A stretch of DNA of 64,000 bases from Mizuhopecten yessoensis. Taxonomy: Eukaryota. The translations under genes were made by a program, and so were the position numbers. Shown here in pieces: positions 27,162-39,850 of this stretch (its first letter is position 1; each line of letters opens with the position of its first letter). The notes beneath the pieces were generated by a model. The model searched no databases, had not been told where the DNA came from, and saw only the letters and a list, made by a program, of their open reading frames with translations. Where the stretch lies: contig NW_018408726.1 of NCBI RefSeq assembly GCF_002113885.1, positions 3,182,642 to 3,246,641 of the forward strand, in the 5' to 3' direction.

Positions 27162-27531
27162 AGGAGTAGGATCCAACCTGTATGGTTGTGAGAAAAAGAC
27201 GTAAATCCAAAACCTAAAATTCAATCAATTATTTCGTAAAAGATAATTATTTGAGAGGGCCATGCTGTTCAGTTGTGTGTAGGGCAACCACAGAGTGTCT
27301 GTAGATAGGAGGAAATGTTGCCTTTGTAGGTAGGTGTAACATGGATGGCCATCTAATGCAATGATATTTTGTCAATGCATGTGAAGACTACAAAAATTGT
27401 CAAGATGTATACAAGTATCAATCAGTACATTTAGCTTTTGTATTTTGGATAAATATTACATAATATTATTCCACCTTAATTTTTTCTTTTATGTACGTTC
27501 TATTTGTTTCATACTTTTTTCTGCGTTTCAG

Positions 27532-27640
27532 GTACTGGTTCTAACAGATTCTCCTGATGACCATAACTAACCTGCAGATTCCGTAAAAAATAGAATTCAT
27601 TCAATGTAAACTATTTTCTCTTGTTTTGTAGATAAAGATT
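27532..27640 (+). other. P1 3'UTR exon 4
   Basis: Pyrimidine tract plus TTTCAG acceptor. The sequence aligns by eye with P3 exon 4 (GTACTGGTTCTAACAGA.. vs ATCCTGTTTCTTACAAA..; CAGATTCCGTAAA vs CAGGTTCTGTAAA). Confidence 0.6.
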
Positions 27641-28694
27641 TGAAATTTTATGAACTTCATTTGTTTGTGTCCTGTCCGCTACTTAAACTCCCATTTATTA
27701 CACATACCTTTACACTTTCATTACGATGAGATTGGTTTTGATGAAAAAATCTCTATTAGAAATAAAATGCTGGATTGACGGTTTTGTTATTATTATTATT
27801 TCTGGAAATGGAAAAATACCCATGACTTGAAATTTGCACAAAACAGAGCATATATCTCAGAACACACCTACAATCCAAACTTCATGACGAACGTTATGAG
27901 TTGTGGTCATAAAATACAGGAATATTGCTAAAAAAACCACCTGCAAATGCATATTAAGCTCTAAATTATCTCATGTTATTTGGTCTCCTTTCCCTTTGCA
28001 CTATCTATGAAATGTATTACTAGAGTGATACCACTTTCCATTCAAATGTGTTTAGTATTGATGCTTTTGGTATTACGTTCATTATCAACTACACTTGCCG
28101 ATCTGAGTAGGAACCAGAATTTCTTAACCTGAATAATAAAGACACGACATTACCTTTACATGGAATTTGGATCATGTAGCTTATTGTACATCATTTGTAA
28201 ATTTATCTTGAAATCAGAAGGCGACATAACATAATTTAAGTACAAGAAAATGCACGAAATAGAATTAATGAAATGAATAGAAAGGTTTTTTTTCTTCTTC
28301 TAGATTTCCGTCGATTGAATTCAATATCCTTTTAATATATTCTTAATGTGAACTGATAGTACTGCAGTATAACTGTTTAGGTTATAATATACAGACGATA
28401 TTAACTACATGTTCAGTATGTTTCAGTATAATATTTCTTATCAGGAAAATTGCCTATCAACCTGCACTCTTTATGTTTAATACAGTGTCATTTTATTCCT
28501 TTTCAAAATGCTGCACGATTGATATTTTATTTCGCCCTACATGAACATGACATTTCTAGGGTATGACATCTACAGATGTATGACATAAACTGGAGTTTGA
28601 CATTTACAGAGGAGGTATACAATCATAGATGTATAACATCAACAGGATATGACATGTACAGGAATACGACATTTACATAAGTATTACTATTACA

Positions 28695-30262
28695 TCTACA
28701 GTAATATCACATAGATAGGGGCATGGTGCCTACAGTAATAGGACATAGATAGGGGCAGGGTGCCTACAGTAATAGGACATAGATAGGGGCATGGTGCCTA
28801 CAGTAATAGGACATAGATAGGGGCATGGTGCCTACAGTAATAGGACATAGATAGGGGCATGGTGCCTACAGTAATAGGACATAGATAGGGGCATGGTGCC
28901 TACAGTAATAGGACATAGATAGGGGCATGGTGCCTACAGTAATAGGACATAGATAGGGGCATGGTGCCTACAGTAATAGGACATAGATAGGGGCATGGTG
29001 CCTACAGTAATAGGACATAGATAGGGGCATGGTGCCTACAGTAATAGGACATAGATAGGGGCATGGTGCCTACAGTAATAGGACATAGATAGGGGCATGG
29101 TGCCTACAGTAATAGGACATAGATAGGGGCATGGTGCCTACAGTAATAGGACATAGATAGGGGCATGGTGCCTACAGTAATATGACATAGATAGGGGCAT
29201 GGTGCCTACAGTAATATGACATAGATAGGGGCATGGTGCCTACAGTAATATGACATAGATAGGGGCATGGTGCCTACAGTAATATGACATAGATAGGGGC
29301 ATGGTGCCTACAGTAATATGACATAGATAGGGGCATGGTGCCTACAGTAATATGACATAGATAGGGGCATGGTGCCTATAGTTATATGACATAGATAGGG
29401 TCATGGTGCCTACAGTAATATGACATAGATAGGTGCATGGTGTCTATAGTAATATGACATAGATAGAGGCATGGTGCCTACAGTAATATGACATAGATAA
29501 GGGCATGGTGCCTACAGTAATATGACAAAGATAGGGGCATGGTGTCTATAGTAATATGACATAGATAGGAGTAATATGACATAGATAGGGGCATGGGGTC
29601 TATTGTTATATGACATAGATAGGGGCATGGTGCCTATAGTTATAATATGACATAGATAGGGACATGGTGTCTATAGTAATATGACATAGATAGGGGCATG
29701 GTGTCTACAGTAATATGACATAGATAGGGACATGGTGCCTATAGTAATATAACATAGATAGGGGCATGGTGCCTACAGTAATATGACATAGATAGTGGCA
29801 TGGTGTCTACAGTAATATGACATAGATAGTGACATGGTGCCTATAGTAATATAACATAGATAGGGGCATGGTGCCTACATTAATATGACATAGATAGTGG
29901 CATGGTGTCTACAGTAATATGACATAGATAGGGGCATGGGGCCTACAGTAATATGACAAAGATAGGGGCATGGAGTCTATAGTAATATGACATAGATAGG
30001 GGCATGGTGTCTACATTAATATGACATAGATAGGGACATGGTGCCTATAGTGACATAGATAGGGGCATGGTGCCTACAGTTATATGACATAGATAGGGGC
30101 ATGGTGCCTACAGCAATAGGACATAGATAGGGGCATGGTGCCTACAGCAATAGGACATAGATAGGGGCATGGTGCCTACAGTAATAGGACATAGATAGGG
30201 GCATGGCGCCTACAGTAATATGACATAGATAGGGGCATGGTGCCTACAGTAATATGACATTT
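28695..30262. repeat. 34-bp minisatellite (CCTACAGTAATA(G/T)GACATAGATAGGGGCATGGTG)
   Basis: Period 34, about 46 units. Confidence 0.97.
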
Positions 30263-30587
30263 CTCAGGTCGTTCTGCGTTGACCATGGAGAACACGTCAC
30301 CGTAATGCTTGCGAGATATTACACAGATGAAAGACAGAATGACAGAGCAAAAGACACTGGTGTCATCAGTTAATTGACATATGTTAACCCATGTAATATG
30401 ACCTGTCCGCTTTGATATTGGTTGTAAGTTTCAATTGCTTCAATTGTGACGTCACGCCTAGGACAAGCACCGAACGTCATAGACTTACTCACTGATGTCA
30501 TAATGGCGGCTTTTTAAATTTCAAGATTGCATGAAAAATTGTCGTTTAACATGAATAAATACCACAAATCTTGATTATGCGATCAAA

Positions 30588-30720
30588 AAGATCTTACACT
30601 CGTTTTCATTTCATATGAAATTGATGAAACTCGCCAGAGGCTCGTTAAATTGAAAAATTCTTAGACTCGTTTCATACAGTTCATATGAAATCGAAATAGA
30701 AACTCATGTAAGATCCTATA
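30588..30720. mobile_element. short palindromic MITE-like element
   Basis: GATCTTACA...TTTCATATGAAA...GAAAC at the left is inverted relative to GTTTC...TTCATATGAAA...TGTAAGATC at the right. Confidence 0.5.
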
Positions 30721-31649
30721 TTTCTTTTCTCTCTTATAAGTGCACCTTTACTCTGTCTCTTATCTTTTCTCGATTTTCTCTTTAAAACAGCTTGACTAAA
30801 ATGTAGTTATCGAGACTAATATACGTACGGTATGCTTACAATCTGAGAAAGCTTTCGATAGCTATAGGGTTCAAATAATGTTATGTCCAATAAACCATCA
30901 CATGTCACCGCGGGTCACATGACTGGTCAGTCAAGACACCACGTATTTACTTTACTCCAGTAGGTCAGACTTAAAACCACACGAGGCAGTAGCTAGGACG
31001 CGAGGAATTTGTAGGCTAATAAAGGAGTGTGGTCTGACATTATGAAATGTAAGGCGATTTATCAGGGGTTACTATTGGTGGGGGAAGAGTGGAGAAACGG
31101 AATAACCTCAGGCTACAATAAACAGAATGTGCGAACCCAAAAATCAATTTAAACTTCTATAAACAATCATGGTCTTAATGAGTTTGAAAACAAAACCAGA
31201 AATACTAAACTCAGCAGAGTGTGGAACCGTTGTGTATCAAGATATAACAAAACCCAACTCCTACAAACGACCAGTGTCTTGTACAGTTTTCCTTTCTGTT
31301 TATATCTCTTCTCCTATTGGATATCTCTTTAGGCAACCCTGTTTAGTGTTGTAAGAATAATACCGGAGATGATGCCATGTAATACTTTATGCAGTTATAT
31401 ATACATATCAGAGAAACAACGTTAAATATGGCCGCTGAGTAGCCCCGTCGTCCACGGATGTCGTTTTCATATTACCTTAGCTTTTGTGAAGGATTTTAAA
31501 TGAAATATTAGAGGAGCAACGACACAAATACAAAGAACGAAGTATGATGTATGAAAACAGAGAAAAGTGCTTAAATTACCAGCGCTTCAGCATAGTAGAC
31601 TCCAAGGAACTACGTCTCAAATCGGTTCACAAATTATTATCCGTGGTTC

Positions 31650-31878
31650 CTTTTAACACCCTGGAGAGCATACAGCCGGATCTGCCATTTCGGCACTAAC
31701 AGCTAGCATTCAACAATTCTAGCACCGCCCAACCACGTACTAATTTACAGCTAAGTAGACTGGAACAAGCGGAGTGAAGTATCTTGCTCAAAGATACAAC
31801 ACAGTGCCGTGCCGTAACTCGAACCCGTCACCCTTCGAACACGAGCCCGACGTCCTACCACTAGACTACCGTGCCTCC
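31650..31878 (-). mobile_element. tRNA-derived SINE, same family as 1-186
   Basis: A/B boxes (GGTAGTCTAGTGGTAGG; GGTTCGAGT) and direct similarity to 1-186. Confidence 0.85.
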
Positions 31879-34480
31879 ATATTGCGTCTGATCCGCATGA
31901 AACGAATTAATCACATTGCAAATCGAACTTGTTGTCCGAGCATTACTTCCCACCTACCTGTTAAACGAGAGCTGGGTGTTATTCAACAGTCACTGGGTCG
32001 TCAATCTATTTCCAATGTTATTATTGTAGGTATATATCTATAAAATAACAGTCCATGTCTGTAACCTTTGAGTCTTGCTATCATGCATTACATACCAGGT
32101 GACCTTCACACGTTATCTGTGAATGTAAACAGAGGGGCACTACACCGTATCATATACGTATAGTACTAGTGTATACCCGTAGGAGAACAGTGCTTATGTA
32201 AGAAAGCTGAACACCTGTGGACGGATCTGGGTCATATTAAGTGTTAAAGGTGACACAGGAAGTGGTCTAAGTAAGCAGTCCTATGCTTATACACTGTTAC
32301 CACACACATAAAACATGGGCATGCATACTGCAGTAGTATTATATAAAGGGACTGGACATAGGCGAGATAGGAAATAAACATAGAATAAAGGGAACCAACG
32401 ACTCGACGGCATAGCTGTGACAAATCTCACTTAAGTCCCATTAGGTCTCTGACCTGCCGAAACCTTAACTGTTGGTAGAAATTTTGCACAAAGAGTTTAC
32501 TAGTTTGTTAAAAGTTGATTAAAATCCAGGTTTTAGTTGTTGAATTTTTGAAGGGTGGTAGATTTTTTTTATATATAATATAAATCTCCTGATAAAACAA
32601 TTCACATCTCATTTAAGATAGACATAGACATTTTGAAGGTCTAGATTTTCGCATAATTTACACCAAGGTAGAAATATTTATCGCGTTCTGCCCCTGGGTA
32701 ATGCTGTAACCACCTGTGTTTCGTCTACAAGTGATTTAGTTTACCTACATTGCTTCGGCTTTTTGCGGCAACGTTCGGTGCTCCAGCCTAAAAATTCTGC
32801 TATCTGTTTAGCGTTTCATGCTTTTTGCAAATTTAAAAAATCCAAACTTTGATATTATATATACAGTACATACAGCACACTGCATGCAGATTCACGTTAT
32901 CATGCGCTAAGATATCCACAGCCTGTCGTGACATTTATTACTACACACATCGACGATGTTGAACATACTTGTATGTCTATGCGACCTGATAATAAGAAAA
33001 ACATCCACTATTTATTTTCTCATAGTAGAAAATGTATTTTCATCCATCCAAAATGATTGATTTATGGGTCAGGTATCAGATTTTACATAAGTGTAATCTT
33101 GTATTCAATTTAAGACGCACCTGCCCATATAAATACCAATATATAGAATGAATGAGTATCATCTTTTCACTGATGGACTCTTTTTGAAATCAGAGAAACC
33201 GACCATGGTCGTAACATTAATTTTTAAAGTGTGTTTGTTCTTTATATAATTATCCCCAACAAATGATCATATCCTGGAAATAATCATATATAAGACGTAC
33301 TTGGCGAGAAACTTTCTGTTCATTAAAATATCTCAGGGTACTGATTAGTGTTTTGTGACATTTGTTAATGGTTTATTTAAAAACTGTTTGAAGCAATTGG
33401 TGAAAAGATATTTTTGTTAACATAGCTGTTTCTATTTTTGATGAAATAAATCTTGTTTCTATATTTGAACTATGATAAGGATCATATTCCATTAACACAG
33501 TTAAAATGTATGAATATGAATAAGGTAGAAAATGTGTGTTTTGAGAGGCTGTTACAAAATCCTCCGAAACAACAATGAGCTATTGTTTCCGCAAATGAAA
33601 TGGCAGAAAGATATCATTCGAATTGGCTTTATATAATTCAATCTATGGACGTAAGTAAGTATATCATCCAATCAAAGTCGTTTGCATTATCTTCTGCTTA
33701 CCACTCCTACCAGGTTTAAGAAAATCGGGCCGAATTAAACCCTTATTATAGCCAAAATTGTCTTTTAGCTTTTATATTCGTCTCATAGATGTTGCTTGTC
33801 ATCCGGAGAAAATGCAAGACAAAAATACCAAACCATTCAGGATTATCTTGCAAAAAACGAATGCCTGATCGGTATGAAATCCCAAAATACCACAAAATGA
33901 CATTGAAAATACTTTTTCAATAGTCTACGATTCAGTAAATATTCCTGCCATAATAGAAGATAACTTCTCAAAAAAGGTGTTAGCGGAATTCTGTGGCTAT
34001 CGAATCGCGGGTGTTCATGTGGACCAATCAGGTTTCTTTTTATTACAAAATTTCAAGGATAAATCCTGACGGGCCTGCATACACAAATGTATGCCATTGC
34101 AGGCCTAGAAGTGTTTTCCGATGCATGCCAGAAAAACAACACCCGTCCCTATTTTATAAACAAACAATTCCGGTCAAACTGGTACAAACGGTCCAACCGT
34201 CCGAAGCACGATAAAACGAAAACGGCGCTGATATAAACAGTCAGGTTTTAATGGTATTTTTTTTGTGGCCATCCATAGTATAAAACAAGATGATAACCAC
34301 AGTCCCAAATTCTATTTTCTTCCTCGTGGAGGGTCTTGAAGATACTAAGGACGCTAAAGTTAAACTTTCCATCTGGATTGCCTTTTTGGTTCTTTGTCGA
34401 TGGTTATCCGAACGTCCTTGGTCTACTGAACAGCTTGGATACTTCGGAAGTGTATTGCTCTTCTTAGACGCTTTAACTGT

Positions 34481-37400
34481 TATATACTAGAGGAAAAAGT
34501 GACTGTGTAGGGCGATCATGCTGATAAAAACATAAGTTCAAGACATAAAACGATAAAAAATGCAGGTAACATTCTTTATTAGGCAGTTTGCAAAACTTCA
34601 ATACATTAAAAATGCCACAGCATCCGTCATTTTATTAGTATTGGGGAAGAAAGACACGAGGGGTCAAAAACCTAAAAACGCTAAAAGCGTGTGTGTCCAC
34701 CATTTATGTCGATGCGGGCCTGACACCGTCGCCTTATAAAGCGTACCGAATTGCTGAAGAATACCTGGGGAATGCCGTTTCAGATCTGGACAAACGTGTG
34801 ACCCAACGCTGCCAACGTCACCGGCTATGTAGGCAGCTCACGTAAACGACGTTTCATCTCATCCCAGACGTGCTCGATCGGTGAAAGATCGTGTGTGACT
34901 GCAGGCCAAGGCAACAGGGATGTTATGCTGCTCTAGAAAATTACCACCGTAAGGTCTAGCGTAGTCTTGCTAAAGCGTGACGTGACGTTGCTGTACACAA
35001 ATGGGATGACGTAAGCCTGGATAATATAGCCACGGTAGCGTACGGCGTTCAAATTGCCATCGATTGCCACAAGAGGTGTACGTCAGCTCCACAACACAGG
35101 CGTCATTGAAACGTTCTCAAATACGACGATAGACTATTGAACGGCCGTCGCTGCTGTCTAAGTGAAACCTGGACTCCACCGTACGCAGAATACCCGTCCA
35201 GTCTCGGCAAATAAAGCGCAACGTCTTGGCTACACCAAGCCAAACGTGCTACACAATGGCGTCTTAGCAGAATTGGAAGGACAGCTGGACGTCGAGGTAT
35301 GATACGCCGTTTACGAATTCGATTCCGTACAGTTCTGGGGCTGATGGCACGCAAATCAGGAATGGTCCGCGCTGTCAGACTTGCCCTTTGTAAGCGATTC
35401 TGGAGGTGCACCAGTCGGATATGATTTTCCTGTTTTCTTGACGTCACGCTTGGACGACCTGTACGTGGTCGGTCACTCTCATTACCAAATTGATCAAATT
35501 TTCTCCACAAAGCTTGAATAGTGTTTATGTGAACACCAAAAGCGTAGCAACAGCGCGATGGTGCATACCAGCCTGGATGGTTTTAATTGCGCGAAGGCGG
35601 TCACTTTCATTTAGCCTGGGCATTGCTCTACTACCACTTTCAACAGAAACGAACTACTTTCTTGTTTACCAGCTTTCCAAACAATGACAGTTGCAAAGTC
35701 GATAATAACTGGCACAATAAATATAAAATGCTTTCTCTTCTTCTAATACACATCTTGCAAGAATTTTAACTAAATATCAGGTACACAATATCATTCAATG
35801 TCCTACAAGAATAACTAATACATCAGAAACTGGTATTAACATATTCTATGTTAACAATCTAAACATAGTGCAGAGTTCAGACAGAAGTTTTATCACCACT
35901 ATGTAGTGACCACAGTCCTATTGTTATGAATTTATGTTTCAAAGTATTAAGAGTAAAATCATTTGTAAAAGAAATTTTAAATTTAGTGAAGCTAACTGGA
36001 ATGAAATAAATAGATGTCTTTTAGAATTGATTGGAATACATTAATTGGACATAATGATAATGTAAATGAGATAAATAGTATACTTGTAAATCAAATAAAC
36101 TTGCTTACTGAAAAGTATATTCAATGCAAAGTAATAAGAATAAAGCCAATTGATAAACCATGGATAACTAATGAAATAAGAACACAGTTAAGGAAAAAAA
36201 ATAGATTTCATAAAATAGCAAAAAATACTAATAAAGAAAATGCCTGACAGAAATTTAGAATTTTGAGAAATAGTGTATTTGACCTTATTAGAAAAGCTAA
36301 AGATACATATCTTAGGAAACTTCAAAAAGCTCTTGTAGATAAGACCATACCACCTAATAAGTGGTGGCGTATTGCCCATAAGTGGTCTTTCCAATAAAAA
36401 AGAAACTTCTCATCCTCTTAAAGCTGGTAATGATATTTTGATTCATCCGTTGGATAAAGCAGAAGCTATTAATAATGTATTTACTTCTATTTCCAGCTCT
36501 GTTGATGGTACTGTTAATATTAACAATCCTGATATGGATTTACCTCCCCTTAGTCAAATCAAACTTGGTGAAATTGTAATATCAGATCAAGACATAATTG
36601 ATCAAGTCCAGCTAATTAAGGATAATAAACCTCCTGGGCCTGACAATGTTTCCCCTTAAAATAATAAAAAAAATCCTTCTACCTTCTATAATTATACCAC
36701 TTGATATTCTCTTTAATAAAACAATTACTTCTGGTACTATTCCTCTAGCCTGGAAGTCTGTTAATGTTTATGCTCTATATAAAGGTAAAGGAGCTATTGA
36801 TGATCCAAATAATTATAGACCAATTGCCATCACATCCATTTTAAGTAAAATATTAGAGAAAATATTTTTTAAGTATGTTTTTAATTATGTAATCAAACAT
36901 CATATTATTAGTGAGCACCAATCTGGATTTCAACATAGAGACTCTACAGTCAACCAACTAATATCAATACATAATTTGATTATGGATAACATTGATAAAG
37001 GTAGGGATGTACGATTAGTGTTTTGTGATATAAGTAAAGCTTTGAAAAAAATATTGCATACCTGGAAATTTGTATAAATGGTTTCTTTCTGATAGAAAAC
37101 AAAGAGTTATCTTTGATGGTTATAATTCTACATTTAAACATATAACTACTGGTGTTCCACAAGGCTCTGTACTTGGACCTTTTTTATTCTTACTTTTTAT
37201 TAATGATATAACTCATGAAATTAATACTAATATGAAATTATTTGCTGATGATACCTCTCTCTATGTTATTGTTGATGATAATATTGTAACACCAACTGCT
37301 GAGTTAAATGACGACCTTAAAACTATTAATACTTGGCCTAAAATATGGAAAATGAATTTTTATCATAATAAAAAAGGTTGCACTAACTGTAAGTAAGAAA

Positions 37401-38989
37401 CATAGGGTTCACCCTCCGTTGATATTTGATAATCTAGTAATTCAAGAAAATGTATTCCATAAACACTTGGAACTCATCTTAAATTCAAAAGGCACATGGG
37501 GTGGGGTGGGGGGGGGGGGGATATTTGTAATGATATATACAATAAAGCATGTAATTGTTACGTATGTTGAAACATAAAATGGATAGGAAAACTCTTGAAA
37601 CATTATACTATTCATTTATTAGACCAGTTTTGGAATATTCAGATTCCATTTGGGACAATTGCACTATTGGTAAATCACATTTATTAGAATCTGTACAGAT
37701 TGATGCAATGAAGATTATAACTGGTTTAAGAAGTGGAACTTCACATTATAAACTATATCAAGAAACTGGCATGGAGTAGTTAGAATCTAGGCGTCATACG
37801 CACAAATTATTTTTAATGTATAACATTATACATCATTTAACCCCTGATTATTTGTTTAATATCATTGAACCATTCATTAATCAACAGCAAAATATTCATT
37901 ACCTGCGTCACCCCAGATTTTTCAATATCCCAAGGTCAAGAACTAATATTTATAAGACAAGCTTCTTTCCTAGTACCATGCAGGCATGGAATAGTCTTGA
38001 TCCTTCGCTGACCAGGTCAGGTAGCCTAAGTTCCTTCAAAAGGAATCTTAAAAATTCTATAACTAATCCTATTGAAGCTATTTCTGATACTTTTAAAAAC
38101 TGTAGTCTACGAAAATTAAATATTATTTTGTGCCAATTAATAAATGATGCAAGTGACTTGAATCATCAAAAATGTATAGATCATCTTATCCCAGATCCAG
38201 TTGGTGCCTGTGGTTCACCTGCTGAAAATACTGATAATTATTTTTTTACTTGTCCTAATTACTCTACTTCTAGGTATTTAATTCATAAAATTAATGAACC
38301 TATTTTAACTTATGTCCAATACTATATAAATGGTACTGAACGATTTAAGAGTTTATAATATAATAATTGAATGATTGAAATTTACTGAAGACATCTATTA
38401 TTGTACAGTCTGGATATTATATATATCACTATGACATATATATGTAGTAATTTTGTAATAATGTAGACTACTTACTTTCTTAGGCTGAGTACACATCTTT
38501 TATAGATGTGTTGTATGTGTGAGGGTGTGTGAGGGTGTGTGTGACATGTAGGCATGTGGGTATGCAAGTATGTATAAGCTTGAGTAGATGTTTACATATC
38601 TAATTATTATACATTACCCGAAGTAATCATTCTACTCTCTGAATATTGTGTAATACTACCATCAATGCTTTCATGTTAAAATCTATTTCTCTTTTTATAT
38701 ATACATTACTATCTAATATCTATTATTTACTTTATTCACTTTGACTTGTATATATGTGGTACCTATTGGAGAGGACTTATGTTGAAAGGAAATAAAATGC
38801 TAGGCGACAAAAGCGTGCAAAGCGACTCTTCTCCAAGAAGCAAAACGGCATGTTCAAATATGGCATAGACTCACCGATAGTGTGACGGTGCGTTCACTGG
38901 TTAGCTGTGCAAAACATCAAGCTAAAAATTGAGCGGTGTTCATTTTATCCATTTTTAGGTTACACCGTTATTTTTTCCGTTAGTATATA
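34481..38989 (-). mobile_element. Tc1/mariner element, decayed (transposase ~34680-35625), interrupted by a LINE
   Basis: Imperfect TIRs TATACTAGAGGAAAAAGTGACTGTGTA and TACACCGTTATTTTTTCCGTTAGTATA. Motifs DRPRTGRP, ISPRTVRNR, ESRFHL, PWPAVTHDLSPIEHVWD, NGGHTRF. Confidence 0.9.
35695..38780 (+). mobile_element. CR1-group LINE, 5'-truncated and frameshifted
   Basis: APE-end SDHSPI (~35905), PGPD, NYRPIAITS, QSGF, GVPQGSVLGPFLFLLFIND, LFADD and a C-terminal CG...YFFTCP. Confidence 0.93.
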
Positions 38990-39384
38990 CTTACTCAATA
39001 CGTACATCGTGGTATTAGTTTGATATTAAACGAATAATCGCATTTTGTTTTTGAACAGTTTACCGATTTAACACAAGAAAATCATTATAAACGTAACAAT
39101 TGAATGTCCAATTTTACAAACATATATCAGCCGAAATTTCCTCATTAAATGTGGTATCTCATTTTAAACAAAATTCTTTCAATACGGTTATTATTATGTA
39201 CACTATTTTTATGATATTGCTTTTGTTATATTTACTATGCTTTGTATTCATGCTATAATTGCTTAAGACTGAACGACTGTGCTTCTTTTTCCAATTTTTG
39301 TCATAAACATTGTTTAATTTCATATGTGAATACTAATGCAAAGTGGTCGTAAACAAAGTGTGGCAGTGTGGTCTATAAAAGAGA

Positions 39385-39850
39385 TGTGGGGTCTACTATA
39401 GAGGGGATACAACAGACGCGACTACAATAAGGTGGTCTACATCAGGGGGTACAATGTACAATATAGAAGGTGTATTATAGGTGGTCTACAACAGGGGGTA
39501 CAAAATAGAAGGTCTATTAAAGGCCGTCTACAACAGGGGGTACACAAAAGAAGGTGTATTATAGGGGGTCTTCAACAGGGGGTACACAATAGAAGGTGTA
39601 TTATAGGGGGTCTACAACAGGGGTACAAAATAGAAGGTCTAGTATAGGGGGTCTACAACAGAGGGTACACATATGTCTACAATAGGGGGTCTTCAACAGG
39701 GGTACACAATAGAAGGTGTATTATAGGGGGTCTACAACAGGGGTACAAAATAGAAGGTCTAGTATAGGGGGTCTACAACAGAGGGTACACATATGTATAC
39801 AATAGGGGGTCTTCAATAGGAGGTATATTGAAAGGGATCTACAATAGATG
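39385..39850. repeat. G-rich compound repeat (GGGGGTCTACAACAGGGGTACACAATAGAAGG...), related to the 17.9-18.8 kb array
   Basis: Shared GGGGTCTACA/GGTACAC motifs and an internal ~120-bp duplication. Confidence 0.8.

Noticed and set aside
22430-30262. Regular 31- and 34-bp repeats as CRISPR arrays
   Set aside because: Head-to-tail units with no unique spacers, eukaryotic context and no cas genes.
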